DNA from: Candidatus Woesearchaeota archaeon
Lineage (GTDB): Archaea; Nanobdellota; Nanobdellia; Woesearchaeales; SM23-78
DNA length: 62,542 nucleotides
Direction: 5' to 3'
Assembly: GCA_019322375.1 (NCBI GenBank)
Contig: JAHWIP010000035.1
Coordinates: forward strand, 1-62,542
Shown here: positions 1 to 9,092 of the stretch, one piece after another
Layout of the letters: the number at the start of each line of letters is the position of its first letter
Position numbering within the stretch: position 1 is the first letter of the stretch
Notes under the pieces: generated by a model
Database searches by the model: none
Told to the model about the DNA's origin: nothing
Seen by the model: only the letters and a program-made list of their open reading frames with translations
Program-made: the position numbers and the translations under genes

Positions 1-1955
1 ATCAAAGCATGATGTGCAACCTAACCCTTGATGGCTCCCTGCTAATCAACAACACACCTGTAAACAATAATTCAGAATACTCAACAACAGCCACCAACCT
101 CTCAGAAGGAACACACTACTGGAATGTTACTTGCTGGGATGAAGCTAATAACATCAACACAAGTGAAACAAGAAGCTTTAATGTGTATATAGCGCCTGTT
201 GTGGTTCTTGTAAATCCACCAAATGGCAATGTAACTAATAACCAGAGTCAGATTTTTTACTTTAATGTGAGTGATGAGACAGGCATATTTAACTGCTCAC
301 TCATCCTTAACAATGCAGTCAATGATACCAAGAATAACTCTGAGATAACCAATAATGCAACCAATAATTTCACAATCACCTTAGGAGAAGGTTTTTACAA
401 TTGGAGTGTGAGATGCTATGATAATACCAGCTTAAAGATAGAAGGTAATTCTGAGACTTGGAATATAACCATAGACCTTACTGCTCCTTATCCAAGCATA
501 ACAACAGCTAATTATTCTTGGTTTAACACTACCACTCCTGCCATTAATTTCATAATAACAGATAATTTTGCAGACCCAATTAATTATACCTTCTATATTA
601 ATAACAGTGCAAATGCTAGTGGAGCAGTTAATAATAACACTCCAAGCAGTGATAACTTACAAGACCTAGGCAGTAATGCAAGTTTCAGAGTGGTGCTACA
701 AGGAACAGACGAAGCAGGTAACTCAAGAAACAGTTCAAGCATAATCATATATGTTGATACTGTAAAGCCAAACATTAACTTATCAGCACCAAGTCCTGGA
801 GAGCAGTTTAACATAAGTACAGTGCAATTCAATTTCACAGCCACAGACAAAATGGCACCATACATGATGTGCAACCTTTCTATCAGCAATGGAATGTATG
901 AGTATAACATTAATGCAACCAACGGCGCTTTACAGAACATTACTAAAGGCGGCTTTGAATCAGGAGCTTATTATTGGAATGTGACCTGTGTTGACCGTGC
1001 AGGTAACAGAAACACTAGTGTAACATGGAACTTCACAATAATGGCTCCTGACCTTGTGATAACCAGCGGAAACATATCATTCAATGATACTTCTCCTGAA
1101 GAAGGAACAAACATAACCATGTATGCAAATGTGTACAACCTGGGAGGAGGAGTTGCTTATAATGTAACTGTACAGTTCTGGAAAGGAGATCCAGATAGCG
1201 GAGGCACACAGATTAATGGTAATAAAACCATAAGTGCGCTTAGTAATGGAGCCAACTTCACTCTTAATATCACCTATAACACAAGCATAGGGAATAATAA
1301 TATCTTTGTGGTGGTTGATCCGCCCTTAGCTACTAATGGAAGCATTGACGAGGAGAATGAGAGCAACAATAAGGATAACAACTCTTTCCTTGTGAGCCTG
1401 TACCATGTGTACGCAGGCAACACCACAGCAGTTATTGACATGGAAAAGCAGAGCATAAACATCTCTATGTATCAATGGAATGTTAGCAATGCAAGCGGAA
1501 GCAACCTGTTTGTAACCGATATAGAAGCCAGCCCTGACTTTAATAATCTGCAGGCGATTAGCAGGGATACAAGCAACAATTCTGTGGGTGATGATTTTGA
1601 GGAAATAGACACAGCCATCAGCTCAACCAATTATTCCGACTCTGTTAATAATACTTACACCATTAATGGAAACCCAATAGCAACCAGAACCTTTGTATCA
1701 TTTTCCAAAGTAATAAACAATGTCCCAATAATCAACAGCACCAACACCAGCAACTTCCAGACAGGCATAATTTGGGATAAGAGTGATGGAAATAATGAAT
1801 ACAATGGAACCCAAGACCTGCTGTTTATAACAGAGATTAACAAGCAAAAACAGGGCAGCCAAGGCATATATGACTTTGAGATAAAAGTACCTGCGTTGCT
1901 CAGAAACTATAATGCTGCTGGAACAAGCGTGGCATTTTATGCTGAGATAAAATGA
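1..1955 (+). CDS. C-terminal part of a giant secreted surface adhesin, 5'-truncated by the window edge: Ig-like repeats, CARDB-like domain, family-A C-terminal module
   Basis: The frame is open to position 3, and the first Met lies inside a repeated '..YMMCNLS..' module. CARDB-like stretch 'PDLVITSGNISF...VVVDPPLATNGSIDEENESNN'. The last ~185 aa align with the small family-A proteins and end 'YDFEIKVPA...VAFYAEIK'. N-x-S/T sequons are very dense. Confidence 0.85.
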   Translation, partial: QSMMCNLTLDGSLLINNTPVNNNSEYSTTATNLSEGTHYWNVTCWDEANNINTSETRSFNVYIAPVVVLVNPPNGNVTNNQSQIFYFNVSDETGIFNCSLILNNAVNDTKNNSEITNNATNNFTITLGEGFYNWSVRCYDNTSLKIEGNSETWNITIDLTAPYPSITTANYSWFNTTTPAINFIITDNFADPINYTFYINNSANASGAVNNNTPSSDNLQDLGSNASFRVVLQGTDEAGNSRNSSSIIIYVDTVKPNINLSAPSPGEQFNISTVQFNFTATDKMAPYMMCNLSISNGMYEYNINATNGALQNITKGGFESGAYYWNVTCVDRAGNRNTSVTWNFTIMAPDLVITSGNISFNDTSPEEGTNITMYANVYNLGGGVAYNVTVQFWKGDPDSGGTQINGNKTISALSNGANFTLNITYNTSIGNNNIFVVVDPPLATNGSIDEENESNNKDNNSFLVSLYHVYAGNTTAVIDMEKQSINISMYQWNVSNASGSNLFVTDIEASPDFNNLQAISRDTSNNSVGDDFEEIDTAISSTNYSDSVNNTYTINGNPIATRTFVSFSKVINNVPIINSTNTSNFQTGIIWDKSDGNNEYNGTQDLLFITEINKQKQGSQGIYDFEIKVPALLRNYNAAGTSVAFYAEIK

Positions 1956-2126
1956 GAGTGAATAAGAAGTGGGTTGCATTAAAAAACTAAAAGAACATAT
2001 AGAAAGGTTATCCAAAAAATAAAAAATTTATCCCGTTCCTTTTTCTCGTCGAGAAACGTTTAACAACATTTAAAAACTAAAATATATATACAAATTAACG
2101 TAAAGAAAACAACGCGAGAATGAAGG

Positions 2127-3191
2127 ATGAAAAAAGGCTTGGGTAAAAAAACTGATGAAAAAAAACCAGAATCCTTCTTTACTGCTAGTGGCAAGGAGAT
2201 AAGAAGTTTAAAAGAACTAAAAGATTATCTAAAAAAAATAGATGAAACAGAATTTTCTCACCACATCACAGAAGAGAAGAATGATTTTGAGAATTGGATA
2301 AGGCACTCTTTAAAGAATCATAAACTCGCAGATTTTCTTAGAAAAAAGAAAACCAAAGAGGACACTATACAAATAATTGATTATTTCTTGATTAAAAAAG
2401 AGCTTGAAAATCCTGAATCAGAACTAAGAAAGGAAAAAAAAGAAGAAATTCCTTCTATAGAAACTATTAAGGTAGGAGTGCCAGGGTTTGATGAGTTAAT
2501 AACCAATGGCATTCCTAAAGGGAGCTCTATTCTTTTAAGCGGAGGTCCTGGAACTGGCAAAACAACCTTCTGCCTTCAAGTTGTAAAACAGGCTGCTGAA
2601 AATAAAGAAAAATGTCTTTACCTGACCTTTGAAGAAGGGGTGGTGGAATTAAAGCAGCATATGAAGAATTATGGATGGGACCCTGTCAAAGTTGAGAAAG
2701 AAGGTAATCTACTAATAAAGAAAATGAAGCCTTTTGAGCTAAGCAGGTCTGTTGAAGCCCTTCTTGCTAAGGCTAGTGGTGAGTTAACAATAGAGCTTAA
2801 TGAAGTAGAAGGAATCATCCCAAAAGGTTTTAAGCCTGATAGGATAATCTTAGACTCCTTATCTGCTGTTGCTGCTGCTTTCACAGACAAAGAAGAAGGC
2901 TATAGGATTTATATTGAACAATTATTCTCTCTGTTTAAAAGGATAGGAGCAACCTCTTTCCTCATAACAGAAATTGAGCAGGAAGCCCGTAAATATAGTA
3001 GGAGTGGTGTTGAAGAGTTCTTAGCAGATGCAGTATTTGTATTTTATAACATACGTAGGAAGAATGTGAGACAAAATGCTCTGGAAATCCTGAAAATAAG
3101 AGGAACCAAGCACCAGAAAAAAATAGTTCCTTTCAAGATAATCTCGAACCAAGGGATAATTGTTTACCCACAAGAAGAAGTATTTACCTGA
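2127..3191 (+). CDS. KaiC/RadA-like (RecA-superfamily) ATPase with an extra ~55-aa N-terminal module
   Basis: 'GVPGFDELITNGIPKGSSILLSGGPGTGKTTF' contains the Walker A. 'RIILDSLS' is Walker B-like. The layout is typical of single-domain KaiC-like proteins. The N-terminal module 'FFTASGKEIRSLKELKDYLKKIDETEFSHHITEEKNDFENWI' recurs at the C-terminus of ORF 23956-24957. Confidence 0.85.
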   Translation: MKKGLGKKTDEKKPESFFTASGKEIRSLKELKDYLKKIDETEFSHHITEEKNDFENWIRHSLKNHKLADFLRKKKTKEDTIQIIDYFLIKKELENPESELRKEKKEEIPSIETIKVGVPGFDELITNGIPKGSSILLSGGPGTGKTTFCLQVVKQAAENKEKCLYLTFEEGVVELKQHMKNYGWDPVKVEKEGNLLIKKMKPFELSRSVEALLAKASGELTIELNEVEGIIPKGFKPDRIILDSLSAVAAAFTDKEEGYRIYIEQLFSLFKRIGATSFLITEIEQEARKYSRSGVEEFLADAVFVFYNIRRKNVRQNALEILKIRGTKHQKKIVPFKIISNQGIIVYPQEEVFT

Positions 3192-3202
3192 TATCATACC
3201 AA

Positions 3203-6200
3203 ATGTCAAAGAATGTTAAAGAAAAAATTTTTAATAGAAAAACAGGCTATAACATCCTAATCATTCTACTTATAGGAACTATAGGAGCACTTCTTATCAT
3301 GCCCTTAATCTATGTCTATGCACTGACAGGAAATTATTCAACAACATCTCCTTTTAGCTGCGGTTCAAACTGTAACAATGGTTATGAGCTTTCGGGTCAT
3401 AATGCCACCTATTGCTATAATAATCCTGTTGATTGTTACAACACAATCGATGAGTGCAGAGATGGAACAAATGATGGATTTGAATTCGTCAACAACATTT
3501 ATGTTCAAAGCCTGAACGGGACCAATTTTACAGGAAACCATACAATAAACGTAACTGTGGAGTTTGATTGTGACAGTGACGGTGACACGATTACTATTTC
3601 TTATCATAACGGAACAAGCTTCAGAGTAATACAAGATGACACCTGCTCTGTTTCTGCTCTTGTAAACAAGACTTATAGTTTTGTACTGGATGAGACTGAG
3701 GGTAACCACACTGTAAGGGCAGCAATTGTGTATATGGGCGGAACCCAGATGATTTGCGGGTATAGCTACGACACAACTTTCTCAGACACAGATGACGTTA
3801 CTTTCTTTGTATATCAAGGACCAGACACTGAAAACCCACAAGTGTTGGGGGTTAGCCCGGTCTCAGGAACAGCATACAATCAGAGCTATGGCTTAGCCAT
3901 AACAATATCTGCGAATGTTACTGATAATGAAAATGTTAGCAATGTGCAAGCCTTGGTTGAATGGGAGTCTTATAACTATACTTTGAATCTTAGTTTTGAC
4001 AGTGGGACCCTTTACTCGGGTAACTTTACAAACATTACTGAGCTAACCCGTTATAATGTGACAATCCTAGCTAATGATACATCTAATAATATGAACAACA
4101 CAGAAATCACGTATTTCACAATAAACTCTACAACCAATATCACGATTACAGCCCCAAGCAACAAGCAAGTTCTCCCTTATGAAGATACAAATTTGAGATT
4201 TACAATAGATTATGGTTATAATACAGATACAGCGATGTACTCTTTTGATGGTGGAGCAAATATAACTGTTAATGATAAATTGAGTGTGGCCTTCACACAG
4301 TCAGATCAAAATGGCACAATAGGAGAACCAGATAATGTGTATGACAATCTTTCCATGTCCTTTAAGCCAAATGAAAACATGAGCATAGAAATCGTTTCTC
4401 TTAATCTTAAAAGAAATGGTTCAGGAACCAATGACTCCAAAGTTCAGATAAGAACAAATAATGGAGGAAAACCTTCTAACACAATCCTTGCTTCTGGTAA
4501 TGTAACAAACACTTCTGTTTCTATAAATTACACTTCTATTAACATAACCCTTAACACCACGATTAACCTTACTGTGAACACAACTTACTGGTTATTCCTA
4601 ACACCAAACGGCTCAACAACAGATTTTTATACCTGGGAAGCAAGCAATGATGGCTTGTACTCAGACGGCAACTACAGCAACAACAACAGCCTTGATCTTT
4701 TATTTGTTGTTTATGACCAGTATAAATACAACACGATCATTACAAATGTTTCAAAGGGGGTGCACCGACTAATAGTTTATGCCAACAGCACAAGCATGAG
4801 TTCAATAAAATCACAATTAATCCAGTTTGAAGTTGATAATAAGTCCCCAAGCATAGGAACAATCACATATTCTCCAAACACCCCTGCTAACGTAGATCCA
4901 AATGTATTGATAAATGTAAGTGTAAATGTTTCTGATGAAGTTGAAATTTCACAGGTTCTGCTTCAGTACAAGCAAAGCAATGGGAGTAGCTTTACAAATA
5001 CAAGTATGCAAAACATATCAGGGCTTTACAATGGGAATTTCACACCAGACTCTGAGAACAACTGGACTTTTAGAATTTATGCAAGGGACAGCTCAAATAA
5101 CACAGCTTACTCAGACAACACTACCATAAATGTTTCCTATGAGTACTTATGGAACAGCACCCTCTCTAACTTTAATACTACCTCAGCATTTCTTGACACT
5201 AACACAAGTGTTGGTAACATAACTATTAATAATACAGCAGATATTAATCTCACTATTAATATATCTAAAACAAGTTCCACTGTGCCAAGCATATACTTCA
5301 ATAATACAGAAGGAAGCTTAGTGTTTAATGTTAGCCCTGGAAGTACAACTATTATTGAAGTAATAGCCACAGGACAGAGTATTGAATCAGAACAAACAGT
5401 CGGAATAAGGATTGATCCAAGTCAATCAAATGCAAACCCAGATTACTTGTCTACTAATTTCACTTTAATATCATATGTTTCAGGGCCTTACTTGGATGTT
5501 GACATCTCAGAGTATGACTCTACAGTTACCCAGGGCCAGACAAGAGTGACATTAACAGCAGCCATAATTAATGTAGGTAATGAAACTGCTAATAATGTGA
5601 GTGCTTACTGGACTCTTCCAAGCAGATGGACTCCTAAGACAAATATTACTAGTAACTATACCACTCTGAGTGTTGGACAACAAGTAAGCTTTACAAGATA
5701 TGTTGATATTGACTCTGATGCAGCCACTGGCACTCAGACCATAAGAATTGATGTGAATTGTTCAGAAGGAAAAGATGATTATGAGCAGAGAAGCATAAGT
5801 GTTAATAGCAGTGGCGAGGGAGGAGAAGAAACCCCCAGGTCTGGTAGTGGAGGAGGGGGAGGCATAATTCCTTCTAAAACAACCAGGCTAGAGATTAGTA
5901 CTTCAGAGGAAGTAGAGATTGAAAGAGGAGCAAACCAGACCATTACAGGAATTCTGAGTAATACTGGCGATACAGATTTAGAAAACTTAAGTATGCTTCT
6001 TGAAGGATTTCCATTAGTACATTATAAAATAGAACCTGACTTCTTGAGTAAGTTAAGAGCAAATACCAGCAAATCCTTTTCCTTATTCATAAACATTCCT
6101 GAATACTTTGGAAGTGGCAAACATAATGCTGTCCTTGTTATAAAAGCCTTGGCTGAGAGTGCGTGGAAGGAGTTCAGCAGAGATATAACAATTATTGTTA

Positions 6201-7093
6201 TTACTGATGACAAAACTCAGGCTTCTGAGTGCTTTGAAAAAGCTGGATTAAAGATAGATGAATTAGTAAGCACGAGAATGGGTACCACAAAATTAAGCCA
6301 AAGACTAGATGAGGCTAAAAGGAATTATAATAGCAAGAATTATGGAGATGCAAATAATCTTTGCAAAGAAATATTAAAAGAAGCAGAGCTTGCTATGAAT
6401 GTAAAAGAACAAATAGATTCTATTAATAATGCCTACTCTGGCTTAGGAAGAGAGATTCCTGAATTCAGTGAGTTGATAAAACTTACGCAAGAGGCTTTTG
6501 AGCGTGAGGATTATGGATTAGCAAGCAGAAGGATAGAGCAAGCAGGGCTTTTGCTTAGCATGAAAGAGAAAGAAGTACAGCAGACCCTAGCCTACAAGTG
6601 GGGGCTGATAAGAAAGTATTGGAAGGAAATAATCATGGTATTAGTACTTATAATCATAATAGGAATACTTACTTATACATCTACAAGTCTTAGCTTTGTA
6701 TCAAAGAGATTTAGAGCATTGAAAGAGCATGAAGATGTTGTGAGAAAAAAGATAAAACAAGTGCAAAGAAAATATTTTGTTGAAAAATTGGTGCCGTCAA
6801 GGCTTTATGAAAAGGAGATGGAGCTCCATAGAAGTGCACTAGCGAATATTGAGAGCCAGAAAACTAATCTAAAGCTTAAAAAATTAAGGTTGGAAAGAAG
6901 GAATACTCTTGAAGAGCTGGAAAAAGCAGAACAAGAAGCCGAGGCAGGCAAAAAAGAGCTTCAGACAAGATACTTTGTTGAGAAATCAATTGACAAGAAG
7001 ACTTTTAAGAGGCTAACATTAGGCTTTGACAGAATATTACAGGATATTAAGAGAAGAATTGCATTAAAGAAAAGAAAAAGAGGTGAAAAGTGA
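3203..7093 (+). CDS. 1296-aa membrane-anchored surface glycoprotein (N-terminal signal/anchor, beta-sandwich ectodomains, C-terminal TM, coiled-coil cytoplasmic tail)
   Basis: N-terminal hydrophobic segment 'ILIILLIGTIGALLIMPLIYVYA'. Sequon-rich Ig/CARDB-like ectodomain. TM 'IIMVLVLIIIIGILTYT' near the C-terminus, followed by a K/E-rich tail with two 'R(K/Y)YFVEK' motifs. Confidence 0.8.
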   Translation: MSKNVKEKIFNRKTGYNILIILLIGTIGALLIMPLIYVYALTGNYSTTSPFSCGSNCNNGYELSGHNATYCYNNPVDCYNTIDECRDGTNDGFEFVNNIYVQSLNGTNFTGNHTINVTVEFDCDSDGDTITISYHNGTSFRVIQDDTCSVSALVNKTYSFVLDETEGNHTVRAAIVYMGGTQMICGYSYDTTFSDTDDVTFFVYQGPDTENPQVLGVSPVSGTAYNQSYGLAITISANVTDNENVSNVQALVEWESYNYTLNLSFDSGTLYSGNFTNITELTRYNVTILANDTSNNMNNTEITYFTINSTTNITITAPSNKQVLPYEDTNLRFTIDYGYNTDTAMYSFDGGANITVNDKLSVAFTQSDQNGTIGEPDNVYDNLSMSFKPNENMSIEIVSLNLKRNGSGTNDSKVQIRTNNGGKPSNTILASGNVTNTSVSINYTSINITLNTTINLTVNTTYWLFLTPNGSTTDFYTWEASNDGLYSDGNYSNNNSLDLLFVVYDQYKYNTIITNVSKGVHRLIVYANSTSMSSIKSQLIQFEVDNKSPSIGTITYSPNTPANVDPNVLINVSVNVSDEVEISQVLLQYKQSNGSSFTNTSMQNISGLYNGNFTPDSENNWTFRIYARDSSNNTAYSDNTTINVSYEYLWNSTLSNFNTTSAFLDTNTSVGNITINNTADINLTINISKTSSTVPSIYFNNTEGSLVFNVSPGSTTIIEVIATGQSIESEQTVGIRIDPSQSNANPDYLSTNFTLISYVSGPYLDVDISEYDSTVTQGQTRVTLTAAIINVGNETANNVSAYWTLPSRWTPKTNITSNYTTLSVGQQVSFTRYVDIDSDAATGTQTIRIDVNCSEGKDDYEQRSISVNSSGEGGEETPRSGSGGGGGIIPSKTTRLEISTSEEVEIERGANQTITGILSNTGDTDLENLSMLLEGFPLVHYKIEPDFLSKLRANTSKSFSLFINIPEYFGSGKHNAVLVIKALAESAWKEFSRDITIIVITDDKTQASECFEKAGLKIDELVSTRMGTTKLSQRLDEAKRNYNSKNYGDANNLCKEILKEAELAMNVKEQIDSINNAYSGLGREIPEFSELIKLTQEAFEREDYGLASRRIEQAGLLLSMKEKEVQQTLAYKWGLIRKYWKEIIMVLVLIIIIGILTYTSTSLSFVSKRFRALKEHEDVVRKKIKQVQRKYFVEKLVPSRLYEKEMELHRSALANIESQKTNLKLKKLRLERRNTLEELEKAEQEAEAGKKELQTRYFVEKSIDKKTFKRLTLGFDRILQDIKRRIALKKRKRGEK

Positions 7094-8439
7094 AAATAAG
7101 AACCTCAACTAAAATCTTTGTAATCCTAATATTCCTCAGCTTAGCCTTAAACCTTTCTTTAGCAAAGGAAGAGCAAGAACTAAGATCAGAGCTTCTCAAA
7201 TTAAATAATGTAAAAGAAGAGATGACAAATTCTGATACGGATGTAAGCAGGGTTGATGATTTGATTACAGAGGGTTTTTTGTATTTTAATAACAAGGATT
7301 ATAACAAAACCAAAGAAGTAATATCATCTATTTATAAGCTGAGAAATGATGCTCTTAATGCCCAAAGTGAGCTTTCTGTTGTTAACCAGCTATACCTTGA
7401 TGTTAAGGAAAGAAATATTACTCTAGTTAACGCTACCAGCATAAAGATTGAATGGGACTTGGATTATGCTAAGAGAGAGTTTGATAAAGAGAATTATGAA
7501 GGTGCTTTGAAAAGATTAGCAAAGATAAAGAAAGCACTTCTCTACAGTATTAATAATGAGTATAACTATCTTAATGCTTCTCTCTTAGCACTTGAAGAAA
7601 AAATAAATTCATTAAAACTAAGCAAATCTAGGATAACAACATTAAAGAGCTTGCTGTCAGAGGCTTTAGGAACTGGAGGGCTCAGGGAGCTTGAAATTAT
7701 TAAACAAGAAGCTGGAGTTTTGAATAAAAGCCTTGTGTATTACAAAGAAATAAAGCTTGCCATCCCTATTCTGAAGGGCAAAAACCTTTCTGCTCAGAGA
7801 ATAAATGATGGGCTTAATGCTGCTAAGCTTGACCTGGACTTTGCTGATTATGAGTCTGCTTTTAACAAGCTTGAAAGCCTTAAAGCCCTTACTGAGAAGG
7901 GTATTTTCTTAGAAGATGAAATTAGTGAACTTGAGAAGAATCTTGCAGATGAAAAAGCCAAGCAGAGAATTGACATAACAGAAGCAGAATCCTTTCTTAA
8001 AGAAGCACAATATGAGCTTACTGTTGGCAATTATGAGACTGCTGAGCAAAAGCTGTTAAATGCAAGGGATAGCTATGAGAGTTTAAAAGCAGAACTATTA
8101 ATTAAAAAAGCAGGCCTAAAGAGCTTTGGATTTAGTCTAAAAGAATTCATTAAGAGAAACTGGCCATATGTATTATTAATAATTTTTATAATCCTGGTTG
8201 TGCTTAAGTTCACATCTCATATTTGGGTACTTGGTATTCAAAGAAAAAGGCTTGCAAGACTGAAGAAAGAGCTCAATATTAATGAAAATATGGTGCAAGA
8301 ACTTCAGAGAAATTACTTTGTTCATAAGAAAATGTCAAGGGAAAACTATGATAAATCTTATGAATCTTTGCAAGAAAAAACTGTAAATTTAAAAGAAAAA
8401 ATATCCCTATTTAATAAAAAGGTTAAAAAAGGCGAATAA
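7090..8439 (+). CDS. Secreted coiled-coil/helical-repeat protein with C-terminal TM and short cytoplasmic tail
   Basis: GTG start overlaps the upstream stop (GTGA). Signal peptide 'KIFVILIFLSLALNLSLA'. Repeated helical motif '(D/N)Y..A...L'. TM 'WPYVLLIIFIILVVL'. The tail carries 'RNYFVHK', paralogous to the tail of 3203-7093. Confidence 0.7.
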   Translation: MKIRTSTKIFVILIFLSLALNLSLAKEEQELRSELLKLNNVKEEMTNSDTDVSRVDDLITEGFLYFNNKDYNKTKEVISSIYKLRNDALNAQSELSVVNQLYLDVKERNITLVNATSIKIEWDLDYAKREFDKENYEGALKRLAKIKKALLYSINNEYNYLNASLLALEEKINSLKLSKSRITTLKSLLSEALGTGGLRELEIIKQEAGVLNKSLVYYKEIKLAIPILKGKNLSAQRINDGLNAAKLDLDFADYESAFNKLESLKALTEKGIFLEDEISELEKNLADEKAKQRIDITEAESFLKEAQYELTVGNYETAEQKLLNARDSYESLKAELLIKKAGLKSFGFSLKEFIKRNWPYVLLIIFIILVVLKFTSHIWVLGIQRKRLARLKKELNINENMVQELQRNYFVHKKMSRENYDKSYESLQEKTVNLKEKISLFNKKVKKGE

Positions 8440-8476
8440 GCTTTAATTGAATATAAACTCAAAAAAATGGAAAAAA

Positions 8477-9004
8477 ATGAATTTAGTAGATGAAATAAAA
8501 AACAGGCAAATCGTGCTAATGGTTTTTCCAAAAGCACAGTATATGAATAAATTAATTGAGATTATTAGAGCAGTTGATACGGTTTCTAATAAGATTTGTT
8601 ATGTTAGCTTGAACAAGCCTTACAACAGTATAATAGATAATCTTAAAGCAAATAACATAAGTATTGAGAAGTACTTTTTTATTGATGTATTAACCAGCAC
8701 TGTAAAGACTCCTGAACCTGTTGATAATTGCGAGTTCGTACAGTCACCAAGTGCATTAACAGATATAAGCCTAGCATTTACAAAAGCAATGCAGGAGAAG
8801 GGATGTGATAATGCCTTATTTGACGCAATCTCAACCCTCATGATATACCAAGATACTGGTGAGATTATCAAGTTTACCCAGAACATGATGACCAAGACAA
8901 GAGTTGCTAATGTGAAGTCAGTATATATAGCCTTAAAAGAAGACAGTGAAGAGCTTGTGAAGGATTTGACTATGTTTGTGGATGGAGTTGTTGAGCTAAG
9001 TTAA
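8477..9004 (+). CDS. KaiC/RecA-like fold protein lacking a P-loop (degenerate ATPase-like signalling module), paralog of 14958-15506
   Basis: Aligns over its full length with 14958-15506 ('ICYVSLNKPY..', 'F(F/I)FIDV', 'FD(A/T)ISTL(M/L)(I/V)YQ', 'VY(I/V)(A/V)LKE'). It has a Walker-B-like strand but no GxxxxGK(S/T). I chose the ATG at 8477 over the TTG at 8447 because it matches the paralog's N-terminus. Confidence 0.65.
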   Translation: MNLVDEIKNRQIVLMVFPKAQYMNKLIEIIRAVDTVSNKICYVSLNKPYNSIIDNLKANNISIEKYFFIDVLTSTVKTPEPVDNCEFVQSPSALTDISLAFTKAMQEKGCDNALFDAISTLMIYQDTGEIIKFTQNMMTKTRVANVKSVYIALKEDSEELVKDLTMFVDGVVELS

Positions 9005-9092
9005 GTTATTATTTTATTCTAACAGCAAGTTTTTTATATCCAGACTAATTCTAATTCTTAAAGGGGTGGGAATGTAGGGAAAGGATGCAACA

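Noticed and set aside
593-1867. Antisense and alternative-frame ORFs of 60-170 aa inside the giant genes. Examples are 593-940, 1274-1462, 20220-20465, 21354-21554, 46306-46650 and 49695-50204.
   Set aside because: They lie wholly within long, coherent, repeat-structured coding frames. Their composition is odd (Cys/Leu/Val-rich mirror translations of Asn/Thr-rich codons). They have no start context.
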